This document shows, one piece after another, positions 9,334 to 19,450 of a DNA stretch of 64,000 bases; within the stretch, counting starts at the first letter, position 1; every line of letters starts with the position of its first letter. Position numbers and translations under genes: made by a program. The notes below the pieces were generated by a model. That model ran no database searches and was not told the DNA's origin. It saw only the letters and a program-made list of their open reading frames with translations. Origin of the DNA: an uncultured Spirochaetota bacterium (GTDB lineage Bacteria > Spirochaetota > Brevinematia > Brevinematales > JAOACQ01); assembly GCA_963783575.1 (NCBI GenBank), contig CAWAOD010000005.1, forward strand, positions 32,001-96,000. The letters are read 5' to 3'.

Positions 9334-9763
9334 TCTCCCCTCCTTCGGAGAGCCTGTCCTGAGCTTGGCGAAGGAGGTTAGGGGTGGGTGGCATATTAAG
9401 GATATTATTTTTTATCCAATCTCTAATGCTATTCACAACTTTCTCAGGGTTTTTTCTTACTTCCATATCAGAAAATCTTATACATTTTATTCCAAGTTTT
9501 TCAAGTTTATACTGACGAATATAATCGTCTTCCTTCATTCCATTGTGAGTTATACCATCTATTTCAATAGCTAGCATTAGTTCCTTACAAAAAAAATCCA
9601 CAATATAATTGTCTATTGGCTTTTGCCGGTCAAAATTAAAGCCAATTATATTTTTACCTTTTAGATATTTCCATAGAAGTTCTTCTGATAATGTGCTATT
9701 TTTACGAAGTTTTCTGGCTAATTCTTTTAATCTGGGATTGTATGCTAATATCTTCCATTTCAT
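9326..9763 (-). CDS. DUF559 (Vsr-like) endonuclease; probable start at 9763
   Basis: YNPRLKELARKLRKNSTLSE, FDRQKPIDNYIVDF, AIEIDGITH. Confidence 0.9.
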   Translation of the reverse strand: MKWKILAYNPRLKELARKLRKNSTLSEELLWKYLKGKNIIGFNFDRQKPIDNYIVDFFCKELMLAIEIDGITHNGMKEDDYIRQYKLEKLGIKCIRFSDMEVRKNPEKVVNSIRDWIKNNILNMPPTPNLLRQAQDRLSEGGENG

Positions 9764-9830
9764 ATTACCCACCCCAAGCCCCTCCGCAGGAGGGGAAATT
9801 GTATTACAGAGCTGAAGCAGAGAAAAAAGT

Positions 9831-10580
9831 TCATCTCTCAAGATACCGGATTGAGAAAATATTCTCGTTTACCTTAATGTCGAATTTAATATCTGTCATA
9901 GTCATAACGGTTTTGCTGTTTTCTCTGAGTTTATCGGATATCTCCGATTTTACAGGGTAATACCTGTCGCCGATCTTTTCAACATCCAGGCTTCTGGATT
10001 CTTTAAGCAATTTTCCGCTTAATGCGTACATCTCTTCCTTGAGTTGAATATAACGTTCCTTATCTATCCACATTTTTCTTACATCATAAGGAACATTTTT
10101 TACTTTAGCTTTTAATGTAATTATCCAGCAGTCCCTGCCGTCGACAGTTTCATTGCCTGTAATTTCTATGGAATACTTTTCATAAAGCGATTCGGATTCC
10201 AGCGCGTCCTCATAAGAAACATCGCTGCCCATGATCCCCTGTTTGAGCATATGTCCCGAAATAAGGAAGGTATTATTCTCCTCGCCGTCATGAATCCACA
10301 TACTCTTGTCCAGCTTGAGGTATTTTGTGTTGATGTCTTCTTTATTTATAAATTCCACATAAGCCTTTTTATCCCCTATTGCGGTAACCTTCATAACCTT
10401 CGACCTGGGCTTTTCATCCCCCCCCGGGAGTATCTCCATTGTACCGGTATATTCCATTGTGCCGAATTTTATGTTTGCGTCGACTTTCCTGAGTATTTCC
10501 TCACCTGTGATAGAATATAGAAAGGTGTTCAATAAAAATAAAAGGCTTATTAATAAAATGGCTTTTTTTGTTGTATCCAT
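9831..10580 (-). CDS. Outer-membrane lipoprotein-sorting (LolA-like) protein
   Basis: Signal peptide, EEILRKVD, MGSDVSYED, GKLLK motifs. Confidence 0.85.
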   Translation of the reverse strand: MDTTKKAILLISLLFLLNTFLYSITGEEILRKVDANIKFGTMEYTGTMEILPGGDEKPRSKVMKVTAIGDKKAYVEFINKEDINTKYLKLDKSMWIHDGEENNTFLISGHMLKQGIMGSDVSYEDALESESLYEKYSIEITGNETVDGRDCWIITLKAKVKNVPYDVRKMWIDKERYIQLKEEMYALSGKLLKESRSLDVEKIGDRYYPVKSEISDKLRENSKTVMTMTDIKFDIKVNENIFSIRYLER

Positions 10581-10869
10581 AAATTTTCTCCTTTATAACC
10601 TGTATGTAATGTCAAAAGTTTTCGATTATTTGTTTAATAACTTAGTACTATATTTACAAATAAAGTCCTGTTCTATAACCTCCCCTCCCGTGGAGCGATG
10701 CATTGAGCCTGCCTGCCTGGTAGCAGACAGGTCGAATGTGGTAGTGGGTCGTCTCGATAGTATAGAAAGAAGCGGTAGACTCGACGATCGGTTCCCGAGT
10801 CCACTTCTTCCTGCTTTACAGCTGTAATCCGAAGCTATTAAGAAGTTTTTTACCAATCCTAGCAGCCTT

Positions 10870-12150
10870 TCACACACTCTTTATCGCGTCCACTGCGTTC
10901 ATCTTCGCTGCCTGCCTGGATGGTATTATTGAAACAACAGAAGCAACTATGATCCCTAAAAACATAATCCCGATAACACCGGGAACACTCAAAGTAATTT
11001 TGATTACATTATCTATGGGCATATTCATCTGCCCTACTGAAGCGGAAAAATCTATTCCGTTGATAATAAAGTAAAGGGATAATACCAGCCCCAGTACAAT
11101 GCCGGCAACACTTCCGACAACGCCCAAAGCAGACCCTTCAAAAAGGAAAAGAAGAAGCACTTCACCTCTTGAAAATCCCATACTCTTGATAATCCCTATT
11201 TCTTTTCTTCTCTCCAGGACCACCATCATCATAATATTGGTGATGATAAACGCTCCGAGAAAAGCAATTATCACGTAAATGGTACCATAAACACCGGTCA
11301 ATTCCTGCAAGGTCTGGGCATATCCTCCGGCTTTTGTCCAAGGCACAACGGCAAGATTCCGGTAATCATTATTTCCTTTTAATTTCGCACTGATCTCTGC
11401 CGCGACCCTGTCCGCGTTCCGGTAATCTTTCAGCATGAAAATGATCTGCTGGGCGGAATCTCCACTATGCATAATTTCTTTAGCGTCCTTCAGCGGCATC
11501 TGGAAAATTGTGTCATCCAATTCGTTCAAACCGGTCTTAAATATTCCTACCAGTTTCAGCGCAGGAACATGGGGTGCGGAATCGCTCCCCATGACCAGAA
11601 CGGTGGTGACATCCCCAATTTTAAGGTTGAGAGTATCGGCCATTTTTTGGCCCATAATCACTTCATGGACTTTTTTCGTTCCCGGGGCTTCGAGAGGGCT
11701 GTTTTCACTGAAATAGCTGCCGGAAACCAGGCTTTTATTCAGCATCAAAAGCTTTTTTTCATCATTCGGATCTCCGCCCATCGCTATAGCGGTTTTATTA
11801 TTGCCCTCGTGCTGAAGGAGAAGGCCGAAATTAAATCTTTCGGATATCATGTCTACTTCTTTAGCTATTTTTGAATCATTGGTAATCAGAGCAATGAGCT
11901 TCCGGGGTTCCGGGACATTTTGATCCACAGGCATAAACTGCTTTTTGTTAATAAATGCCTGGGTTGTTATCCTGATGTGCCCCGAATCGTTTTTAGTCGA
12001 GTTTTTTATCGCCGATGTCGAAATACCGCTGATAAAACCCTGCAGAAAAAAGAGCATCCCGATGGAAACTGCCACGGATGAAAAAGCAAGGATCGATCTT
12101 CTTTTATTTCTCAGGATATTCCTGAAAGCCATATTTATCAAATACATCAT
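10870..12150 (-). CDS. FtsX/LolC-E-like ABC transporter permease
   Basis: AFRNILRNKRRS, ERRKEIGIIKSMG, PSRQAAKM. Confidence 0.92.
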   Translation of the reverse strand: MMYLINMAFRNILRNKRRSILAFSSVAVSIGMLFFLQGFISGISTSAIKNSTKNDSGHIRITTQAFINKKQFMPVDQNVPEPRKLIALITNDSKIAKEVDMISERFNFGLLLQHEGNNKTAIAMGGDPNDEKKLLMLNKSLVSGSYFSENSPLEAPGTKKVHEVIMGQKMADTLNLKIGDVTTVLVMGSDSAPHVPALKLVGIFKTGLNELDDTIFQMPLKDAKEIMHSGDSAQQIIFMLKDYRNADRVAAEISAKLKGNNDYRNLAVVPWTKAGGYAQTLQELTGVYGTIYVIIAFLGAFIITNIMMMVVLERRKEIGIIKSMGFSRGEVLLLFLFEGSALGVVGSVAGIVLGLVLSLYFIINGIDFSASVGQMNMPIDNVIKITLSVPGVIGIMFLGIIVASVVSIIPSRQAAKMNAVDAIKSV

Positions 12151-12164
12151 AATTTAACCCCTTA

Positions 12165-13427
12165 TTAAACAAAATGGAGGCATTCCGTCGCATGCATCAG
12201 GGCCGCTTTTCTGGCCGGTACATAGGAGGCTATGACCGAGATGATAATGCCGAATATAAACATGCCCACGAAGGTTCCCGGGTTCCATTGGCCGAAAAAA
12301 ACGTAACTCATAGGAATACCCTGTGTGCTGATGTTTTTCATCATACTGGTCACGTCATATCCGACATAAATCAGCCAGAGGTTGGCTAAAAATGCTAGAA
12401 CCACCCCGATAATGCTGCCGATGAATCCGATTAATACGCCTTCGTACATAAACATCCGCATGATTTCTCCCTTCCGGATCCCCATGGCTTTCAGCACTCC
12501 GACTTCCCTGATTCTCTCATAAACGCTCATCAGAACGGAATTGACGATACCGATAGCCGCAATCAGCAGGATGAGTAAAGACATAATTCCGATAGAGGCG
12601 CTTTTCTGCTTCAGGAGGGCAAGGAATCCGCCGGCCAGTTCATTGAAATTATAAGCCTTCACTTCCGGAAACCGCTGTTTGAGTTGACCCATAACCCCCT
12701 GGATAACGCTGAGATATTTTTCGGCACTCAGTCCTTTTTTCCAGTCAATACGGACATCGGCTTCCGTATAAAGTCCGCCCAGGTCCAGAAATTCGTTAGC
12801 GGCCTGATAGGTGATATAGGCACTTCCGCTGTTCACATTGGGATCGGGAGTGTTGAGTAATCCGACAATTTCAAAATCCACCGCGTTATTAGCCTCAAAT
12901 TTGGTCGAAGATTGGAAAGTGACTATGTCTCCGACTTTTAGCTTCAGATCATCCGCCAGTTTTTTACCCAGCAGAATTTCAGTTGTACTGTTTGTGGAAA
13001 AATACCTCCCTTCCTGGATAAACTGGGAGGTTGTAAAAACGGTTTTATCCTTTTCCGGGTCTATCACACTGCCGATAACATTGAGAGATAAAGGCCCCGA
13101 TATCAGCTCTCCCAGAAAAGATGTTCTGGGTGTGACGCCTGAGACAAGTTTATCATTCTTCAAAAAGGATTCGATCTCATTATAATTTGTAACCCCATAT
13201 TTCAGGGGAAGCGCATTTTTATTCAGATCATAAGCCGATGTATATATTTTGAAAGAGGATTCGGTCAGATTGATCAAATTCTCAATCGCACTTCTATTGA
13301 TTCCCGTCATCAGGGAATCCATTGAAATATAGACCAATAATCCTGCCGATATGATAATCGCGGTCAGGAATGTTCGTCTTTTATGCCGCCATATATTCCG
13401 TGCGGCTATTTTAAAAATTGATCCCAT
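12165..13427 (-). CDS. FtsX/LolC-E-like ABC transporter permease
   Basis: AARNIWRHKRRT, ERIREVGVLKAMG, PARKAA. Confidence 0.92.
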   Translation of the reverse strand: MGSIFKIAARNIWRHKRRTFLTAIIISAGLLVYISMDSLMTGINRSAIENLINLTESSFKIYTSAYDLNKNALPLKYGVTNYNEIESFLKNDKLVSGVTPRTSFLGELISGPLSLNVIGSVIDPEKDKTVFTTSQFIQEGRYFSTNSTTEILLGKKLADDLKLKVGDIVTFQSSTKFEANNAVDFEIVGLLNTPDPNVNSGSAYITYQAANEFLDLGGLYTEADVRIDWKKGLSAEKYLSVIQGVMGQLKQRFPEVKAYNFNELAGGFLALLKQKSASIGIMSLLILLIAAIGIVNSVLMSVYERIREVGVLKAMGIRKGEIMRMFMYEGVLIGFIGSIIGVVLAFLANLWLIYVGYDVTSMMKNISTQGIPMSYVFFGQWNPGTFVGMFIFGIIISVIASYVPARKAALMHATECLHFV

Positions 13428-13429
13428 AA

Positions 13430-14116
13430 CTACCTCCTCTCATCGGAGAAAATATTCCCGTCTTTCAATACAACTATCCTTTTAGCGTATTTTTCAACTA
13501 GATGGTCGTGTGTGGAAAAAACAAATGTCGCCTTCCTTTTTTCATTGATATCGTGCATTATTTCTATGATTTCTTCGGCTGTATGAGAATCAAGATTTGC
13601 CGTCGGCTCATCTGCCAGGATCAGGATCGGGTCTTTAACCAGAGCCCTGGCGATCGCCACCCTCTGTTCCTGTCCGCCGGACAATTCCCTTGGATAACGG
13701 TCCTCCATTCCCCCGAGCCCGACATCGGCAAGAATGCTTTTAGCCCTCTTTTCCATTTCACCCTTTGAAAATCTTTTTTCTATGACCATAGGAAGCTCGA
13801 CATTCTCCCTTACAGTTAATACAGGTATAAGGTTGTAAGACTGAAAAATAAATCCAATGTTTTCTTTTCTATAATCCGAAAGTTCTTTCTCATTCATTTT
13901 TCCAAGTTCCCTGCCGTCATAAACAACATTTCCTTCCGACAGTGTGTCCAGGCATCCGATGATGTTAAGGAGGGTTGTTTTACCGCTTCCCGAAGGTCCT
14001 ACAACGGCCATAAATTCTCCCTTATCCACGGAAAGGTTAACACCCCTCAAGGCAAGGATATCAAGATCCCCTTTCTGATACTTTTTCTTAACATTTTCCA
14101 GCTTCAGCAATACCAT
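13430..14116 (-). CDS. LolD-like ABC transporter ATPase
   Basis: [26 protein letters not shown]. Confidence 0.95.
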   Translation of the reverse strand: MVLLKLENVKKKYQKGDLDILALRGVNLSVDKGEFMAVVGPSGSGKTTLLNIIGCLDTLSEGNVVYDGRELGKMNEKELSDYRKENIGFIFQSYNLIPVLTVRENVELPMVIEKRFSKGEMEKRAKSILADVGLGGMEDRYPRELSGGQEQRVAIARALVKDPILILADEPTANLDSHTAEEIIEIMHDINEKRKATFVFSTHDHLVEKYAKRIVVLKDGNIFSDERR

Positions 14117-14126
14117 AACTATCCTC

Positions 14127-14450
14127 CTATTCGCTTTTCTTCAGCGATTTTATGATGCTTTCCATCTCTGTTAAATACTCATCCAGAGCCGCAATGCCCT
14201 CCGGAGTGATTGAAATGTTTGTGAGGGGCTTGTTTTTTCTGAATATTTTATTTATTATAATATAATCAACTTCCTCAAGGCTTTTCAAGTGTATTGAAAG
14301 ATTTCCCGCGGTAAAGCCGAGTTTTTCCTTTAATTCGTTGAAGCTCACGGTTTCTTCCTTTATTCTGGTAAGATAGCTTAATATCAGAAGCCTGGCCCGT
14401 TCATGGATGATTTTATTTAAATTAAACTGTTTTTGTATGCCGGACGCCAC
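14127..14450 (-). CDS. Winged-helix transcriptional regulator
   Basis: IIHERARLLILSYL, TAGNLSIHLKSLEE. Confidence 0.85.
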   Translation of the reverse strand: MASGIQKQFNLNKIIHERARLLILSYLTRIKEETVSFNELKEKLGFTAGNLSIHLKSLEEVDYIIINKIFRKNKPLTNISITPEGIAALDEYLTEMESIIKSLKKSE

Positions 14451-14500
14451 TATTTTCTCCTTAACAAGCTTGAAGGAACCATTATTAAATAATTGCTAAT

Positions 14501-15184
14501 TTATTTATTCTTCATGTCTATTAATCTTGTAATTTGAGTTATTACCGGGAAAAGAATATAACCGGCACCGGCTGAAACTGCCAGCCAGATAAAAGAGTTC
14601 AATGGGTTAGCGGAAATAAAAGGTACGCTGATAAGCCCGGTTAATATAAGCCACATTCCAAGAGACAATATTTCAAAAAGATTAATAAAACCTGTCATCA
14701 GGTAAAAACATATTCCCATGTCGGTACAGGCAACAGGCACTATAAATTGCGGTTTTTCGATTATTCCAAAATAAATTGATAAATAAAATATAACTCCCAA
14801 TAAAACAAAATATACGAAAAGCACTTCACGGGCAAAAAGCTTCAAAGTCATTCCGATATAGTTTTCATAGGGATATTTTTGTTTAAGGAATATGTAAACC
14901 GTCGTTTTTATCAAAGACGCGATGATTGTCGAAATAATCACCCCGATAATCAGCAATGTTCTATATACGGATGGTATATTTGCGTATCCAGAATATTTTG
15001 TGATCGAATAATAATACAGAAAAGAAAACACAACTGTCATTATACCTGTAAATAGCGATGTTATCTGTATTGACAGTGTGTAAATCATCTCTCTGAGCCG
15101 AATATTGTTTTTTTTGATCGACGTTTTGATAAACTTTATATCCTCAATCAGCTGGTTCAGATCGTCTATTTTGTTCTCTTCCAT
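14501..15184 (-). CDS. Hypothetical multi-TM membrane protein (start probably 15184, MEENK)
   Basis: About 6 hydrophobic segments; GGAG RBS; first gene of the operon. Confidence 0.7.
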   Translation of the reverse strand: MEENKIDDLNQLIEDIKFIKTSIKKNNIRLREMIYTLSIQITSLFTGIMTVVFSFLYYYSITKYSGYANIPSVYRTLLIIGVIISTIIASLIKTTVYIFLKQKYPYENYIGMTLKLFAREVLFVYFVLLGVIFYLSIYFGIIEKPQFIVPVACTDMGICFYLMTGFINLFEILSLGMWLILTGLISVPFISANPLNSFIWLAVSAGAGYILFPVITQITRLIDMKNK

Positions 15185-15224
15185 ATTTATACTCCAACAA
15201 TTACTTTTTGTTATTATCATAAAC

Positions 15225-15276
15225 TAGTTTGTGTCACAAACTAAATAATTATAATAAATTTAATCATGCCTGTCAA
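15225..15276 (-). promoter_or_regulatory. Consensus sigma70 promoter with an adjacent palindromic operator
   Basis: Minus strand TTGACA(15276-15271)-17 nt-TATAAT(15253-15248); palindrome TAGTTTGTG-T-CACAAACTA at 15225-15243. Confidence 0.8.
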
Positions 15277-15293
15277 GAGTTTTTTGAAATAAA

Positions 15294-16643
15294 TTAATCT
15301 TTAAAAAATGCCAGGAATGCGTCTTCCGATATTTCCCTGATTCTTTTATAGAATGAGTTGTTCTTGCAGTTGTTATCGACGCTGAAAAGGGAAAATAAGA
15401 TGATGGAAGTATTCGCAAGCCCCTGCCGCGCCAGTATATCCTGGATTGTTTCCATTGAAATGCAGGGAACGGGGTAGGGCAGTTTGTATATTATAAAGCA
15501 CTGGTTCTGGTCTTTTAAAATCCAGAATTCCTTCTGCTTTTCAATAATACTGTCATCTTTTTGCTTATATTTTTTCAGGATATAATCCTCAAATTCAACT
15601 TCATTTGTGTTATAAACATATTGAAGCGACGGGTTTTTCTTCAAAACATCGTACCGGAGCAGTATCGAATCAAGGTCCTGGTAACTGGGGTTCAATTCGT
15701 AAGCGCTCTGCCAGGCTTCCAGAGCCTGGTAAATTTCCCCGCTTAACAGGTATGCCGTTCCTATTTCATAAAGTATACCGCATCTGTCATCCCTGGGTAT
15801 TTTTAAAAGATAATCGCTTCCAATCTGGATAGCCTGACGGTAATCGCTGTTTTTTATCAAACAAGTGACTACTTTAAGAAGCACTTTTGGCCTCAGATTA
15901 TCATCATTCAGTAGAGGTTTTAAAACCTTTATTGAATCGGCGTATCTTTTCAGGGCAAGATAATTATCTGCAAGAAGCATCAATGATTCGTTATAAAGTG
16001 CTATGGGTATTTCCATTTCTTTTTTTAATTCGAACCACTTATCAAGCTGGATTACGGATTTCTGATATTCAGCCAGCTTATTATAAACTTTTGCTAAAAG
16101 ATATCGTGAATCAAGAAATTTCGGCTTTTGTAAAATGAAATTTTCCAGTGAATCTTTTGCTTTCATATATTTTTTCATTTCGTAATTTATCTGTGAGATA
16201 CTCCATAGAGCCTTGGTGTTTCTCGGGTGGTCCCTTAGAACCAATTCAAAATACCCGAGCGCCTGCTCGGGTTTTTTAATAATATTGGATAATTCTCCGA
16301 GTTTTAAAAGAATCTCCGCACGCATATCTTCGCGGTTGTGATTCTCAAGATCGACAAGAGCCTTCTCATAATTTTCGATGGAACGCCTGTATTGGTTCAG
16401 CCCTTCGTAACCCTGGGCCATATAATTATATATCCAGAAGTCCGCGCTTCTTTTTTTTATAAATTTATGAGCCAGGTCAATTACTTTTTGATAATTTTTG
16501 GCTTCAAGCGATTTTCCCATCTCGCTGAGAATCGATTCGGCGCTTGCAATGTTATATATCAAAATTATAATGCCCACACAAACCAGGATACCTATAAAAA
16601 AAATAAAGTAAATCATCGTACTGCCGCCGCCTGCAGAATTCAT
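15294..16643 (-). CDS. Membrane-anchored TPR protein
   Basis: N-terminal TM segment and multiple TPR-like helical repeats. Confidence 0.8.
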   Translation of the reverse strand: MNSAGGGSTMIYFIFFIGILVCVGIIILIYNIASAESILSEMGKSLEAKNYQKVIDLAHKFIKKRSADFWIYNYMAQGYEGLNQYRRSIENYEKALVDLENHNREDMRAEILLKLGELSNIIKKPEQALGYFELVLRDHPRNTKALWSISQINYEMKKYMKAKDSLENFILQKPKFLDSRYLLAKVYNKLAEYQKSVIQLDKWFELKKEMEIPIALYNESLMLLADNYLALKRYADSIKVLKPLLNDDNLRPKVLLKVVTCLIKNSDYRQAIQIGSDYLLKIPRDDRCGILYEIGTAYLLSGEIYQALEAWQSAYELNPSYQDLDSILLRYDVLKKNPSLQYVYNTNEVEFEDYILKKYKQKDDSIIEKQKEFWILKDQNQCFIIYKLPYPVPCISMETIQDILARQGLANTSIILFSLFSVDNNCKNNSFYKRIREISEDAFLAFFKD

Positions 16644-16711
16644 TTGATTCTCCGCCGCAATATTTCATTTAATAATAAAATTTTATAATAAAATGTTTTA
16701 TACAGATATAT

Positions 16712-16851
16712 GGGCACTTCTAAAACTCATTTTTAGAAGTGCCTGTTTAAATTGCTGAAGTTTTTGTCTTTCTTTCATATACACTTACAAAAACTTAAGG
16801 GCAGTTCTTTTTTATAAAAAACTGGTTTTTAATGAGATTTTCGAACTGCCC
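16712..16851. mobile_element. MITE-like element of about 140 bp
   Basis: Terminal IRs GGGCACTTCTAAAA-CTCATT / GGGCAGTTCGAAAATCTCATT; ATATAT on both flanks. Confidence 0.65.
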
Positions 16852-16889
16852 ATATATTATCGAACAACCGGTTTCAGAATTAAAACTTT

Positions 16890-17519
16890 TTAAGTAATAT
16901 AAACAAAATTAATGCCTTTTTCAATTATCTCCTTAATTTTTTCCTCATCAAGTACTGTGAACGATTTGAAAAGAGTTTCTCCATTCTGAATCATGACCGG
17001 TAATCCGATGATCATATCAGGCTTTAGCAATTTGGAATCGATCTTTTGATAAGAAACTGTTTTTTTGCCCTCTCTAGTTTCGGCAGGTATTTCTTCAGGT
17101 AATATTTTATTAAAGCTTAAACTTGAGATCTCCTCTTCGGTTATATTCAGAAGATGAGTGATTTTTGTCAGCAGTTTTCCGATATGAACCGGCTTAATTA
17201 AATAATATTGAGCACCGGCGGCCATTGCTTTTTCAACATCTTCCGGATGATGGCTTGAAGTAGTAATAATTGCTGGAATTTTTGCCGTCGCGGGATTATT
17301 TCGTATATTCTGGAGAATTGAAAACCCTGTTAAATCCGGAAGATTCAGGTCAAGTAAAATAATATCAGGCCTTTCGGATTCGGCCATATTTATTCCGGTA
17401 TTTCCGTCAGTCGCTTCTACAAATGCTATATTATAATTCCTTAATCCATCCCTGATGTTTTTCCTGGCGATATTGCTGTCTTCAATTAAAAGCATTTTGA
17501 GATAAAATAACCTTTTCAA
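16890..17519 (-). CDS. Response regulator (receiver domain plus C-terminal extension)
   Basis: LLIEDS, IILLDLNLPDLTG, YLIKP. Confidence 0.9.
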   Translation of the reverse strand: MKRLFYLKMLLIEDSNIARKNIRDGLRNYNIAFVEATDGNTGINMAESERPDIILLDLNLPDLTGFSILQNIRNNPATAKIPAIITTSSHHPEDVEKAMAAGAQYYLIKPVHIGKLLTKITHLLNITEEEISSLSFNKILPEEIPAETREGKKTVSYQKIDSKLLKPDMIIGLPVMIQNGETLFKSFTVLDEEKIKEIIEKGINFVYIT

Positions 17520-17520
17520 A

Positions 17521-19449
17521 CTATTCCCCTTTTACATAATTGCATAACTTTTCTATGACATTCATATTAAGTGTATTACAAATATTTTTCGCTTCCGGAG
17601 TATATAAGAATTCTATCCTGTCCTTATAATGTGCGATTATTTTTCCCCTAACTATTTTTAGGGTGGAATTAATGAAGCTGTTTTTTTCTGTGAAAGGTTC
17701 TTCAAGAACACCTATCGCGGACGGTATCCATCTTTGAGGGAACAATCCCTCGTATTTGCCTCCATCCCGGTACTGATTTATCTCTGATTCAAGGAGTTTT
17801 AAAACAGCTTCGCTCCCTTCCTTTGATTGGCAGGACAGATTGTTATTTGAAAGCCACAGGATCAGGTTATCCTTATTCGGCACCAATAGAGCCGTTGTAT
17901 ATGTGTTCTGATTATTATACAGCATAATCTGTTCAATAAATAATGACTTATCGGTTATGGCTTCCTCAATCCCTTCCGGACTGTATTTTTCGCCGTCATT
18001 GCTTATCAGCAGGCTTTTATTCCTTCCCAGGACATAAAGGAATCCGTCATTATCCATATATCCCACGTCGCCGGTAAAAAGCCAGCCGTTACGAACGGTT
18101 TCTCCGGTTGCTTTTTCATTTTTCCAGTAGCCGGCCATAACATTTTCGCCTTTCACCGCGATTTCACCCTTTATGCCTGCCGGCAGATTATGACCGTTAT
18201 CATCGTATATTTTTATTTCCAGGCCTTTTACTACATAACCGGATGAACCTAGTTTATGCTTTTTCGGCACATTGGATGAGATGATCGGAGCCGCTTCGGT
18301 TAATCCATATCCCTGAAACATTGGAATGCCGATCGCATAAAAAAAATGCTGAAGTTCCAGATCAAGTAATGCGCCTCCGCCGATGAAAAATTCAAGCCTT
18401 CCGCCAAAGCTTTTTCTGATTTTACTGAAAATTAAAATATCATATAAAACATAAACCGGTTTTAAAAAAATCCTCATGCCTTTTCCACGGTTCCATCCTT
18501 CGGCGTTATACCTGTAAGCCAGCTTTAGGGCGGAATAAAACATTTTCTCGGTTTTCTGCCCTTTTTCACGAACAGCCTTCTCGATATTTTTTTTAAAACT
18601 CTTTGCAAGTGAAGGGACGCTCAATAAAAATGTAGGGCGTATCTCCTTAATATTAACCGGGATATTTTTTAATGTTTCGATCGGGGTCCTGCCGTTCTGT
18701 ACTGAAGCAATGGACGCCCCGTTTTTTATCAGGGTGTAGATTCCCACAGTATGAGCGAATGAGTGATCCCAGGGGAGTATAAGGAGCGAAACATACCGCT
18801 GAGGTATCGGAAGGAGGTATGTCGCCTGTTCGGTGTTTGCGGTATAATTCCTGTGAGTCAGGATTGTTCCTTTTGGATCGGCAGTAGTACCGGATGTATA
18901 GCAAATATTTGCGTAATCCTTTTCGTCAATTTCGTTCCAGATCTTTTCAAATTCTTTACTGTGCGATTTTAAATATTCCAAACCGCTGTCCATTAAATCA
19001 TTTTTATAAATTTCATCCATTTCAAATTTTTCCGGCTTGTCAAGAAGGATGGTTTTTTCAAGCAGGAGAAGTTCTTTTTTTACCTGCCTGATTTTTTTAA
19101 CCTGGCTTTCTGAAACGATTACCAGCCTGCATTCCGAATGAGCCAGCCGGAATTTCAGGTCTTCCAGTTCGTCAATCTTTATCGAAACCGGTACATTGAC
19201 AGCACCGGTATATAGAATGCCCAGCTCACACATTACCCAGTCGTTTCTCCCTTCGGAAATCAGGGCGATCCTGTCGCCTTTTTTAATACCGTAATTTATT
19301 AATCCCGCGGCGAAACTATAAACCCTTTCCTTCATCCGGCTATATGTTTCCGCTTTATATACTCCTTTGATTTTTTCCCATGTAAGGTTATTGGAGGCGT
19401 ATTTGTTTACACTGTCTTCAAAAAGTTTCGGTATTGTACGGCCCGCCAT
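17521..19449 (-). CDS. Long-chain fatty acid-CoA ligase (AMP-binding)
   Basis: YTSGTTADPKG, QGYGLTE, WLFTGDVG. Confidence 0.92.
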   Translation of the reverse strand: MAGRTIPKLFEDSVNKYASNNLTWEKIKGVYKAETYSRMKERVYSFAAGLINYGIKKGDRIALISEGRNDWVMCELGILYTGAVNVPVSIKIDELEDLKFRLAHSECRLVIVSESQVKKIRQVKKELLLLEKTILLDKPEKFEMDEIYKNDLMDSGLEYLKSHSKEFEKIWNEIDEKDYANICYTSGTTADPKGTILTHRNYTANTEQATYLLPIPQRYVSLLILPWDHSFAHTVGIYTLIKNGASIASVQNGRTPIETLKNIPVNIKEIRPTFLLSVPSLAKSFKKNIEKAVREKGQKTEKMFYSALKLAYRYNAEGWNRGKGMRIFLKPVYVLYDILIFSKIRKSFGGRLEFFIGGGALLDLELQHFFYAIGIPMFQGYGLTEAAPIISSNVPKKHKLGSSGYVVKGLEIKIYDDNGHNLPAGIKGEIAVKGENVMAGYWKNEKATGETVRNGWLFTGDVGYMDNDGFLYVLGRNKSLLISNDGEKYSPEGIEEAITDKSLFIEQIMLYNNQNTYTTALLVPNKDNLILWLSNNNLSCQSKEGSEAVLKLLESEINQYRDGGKYEGLFPQRWIPSAIGVLEEPFTEKNSFINSTLKIVRGKIIAHYKDRIEFLYTPEAKNICNTLNMNVIEKLCNYVKGE

Positions 19450-19450
19450 T

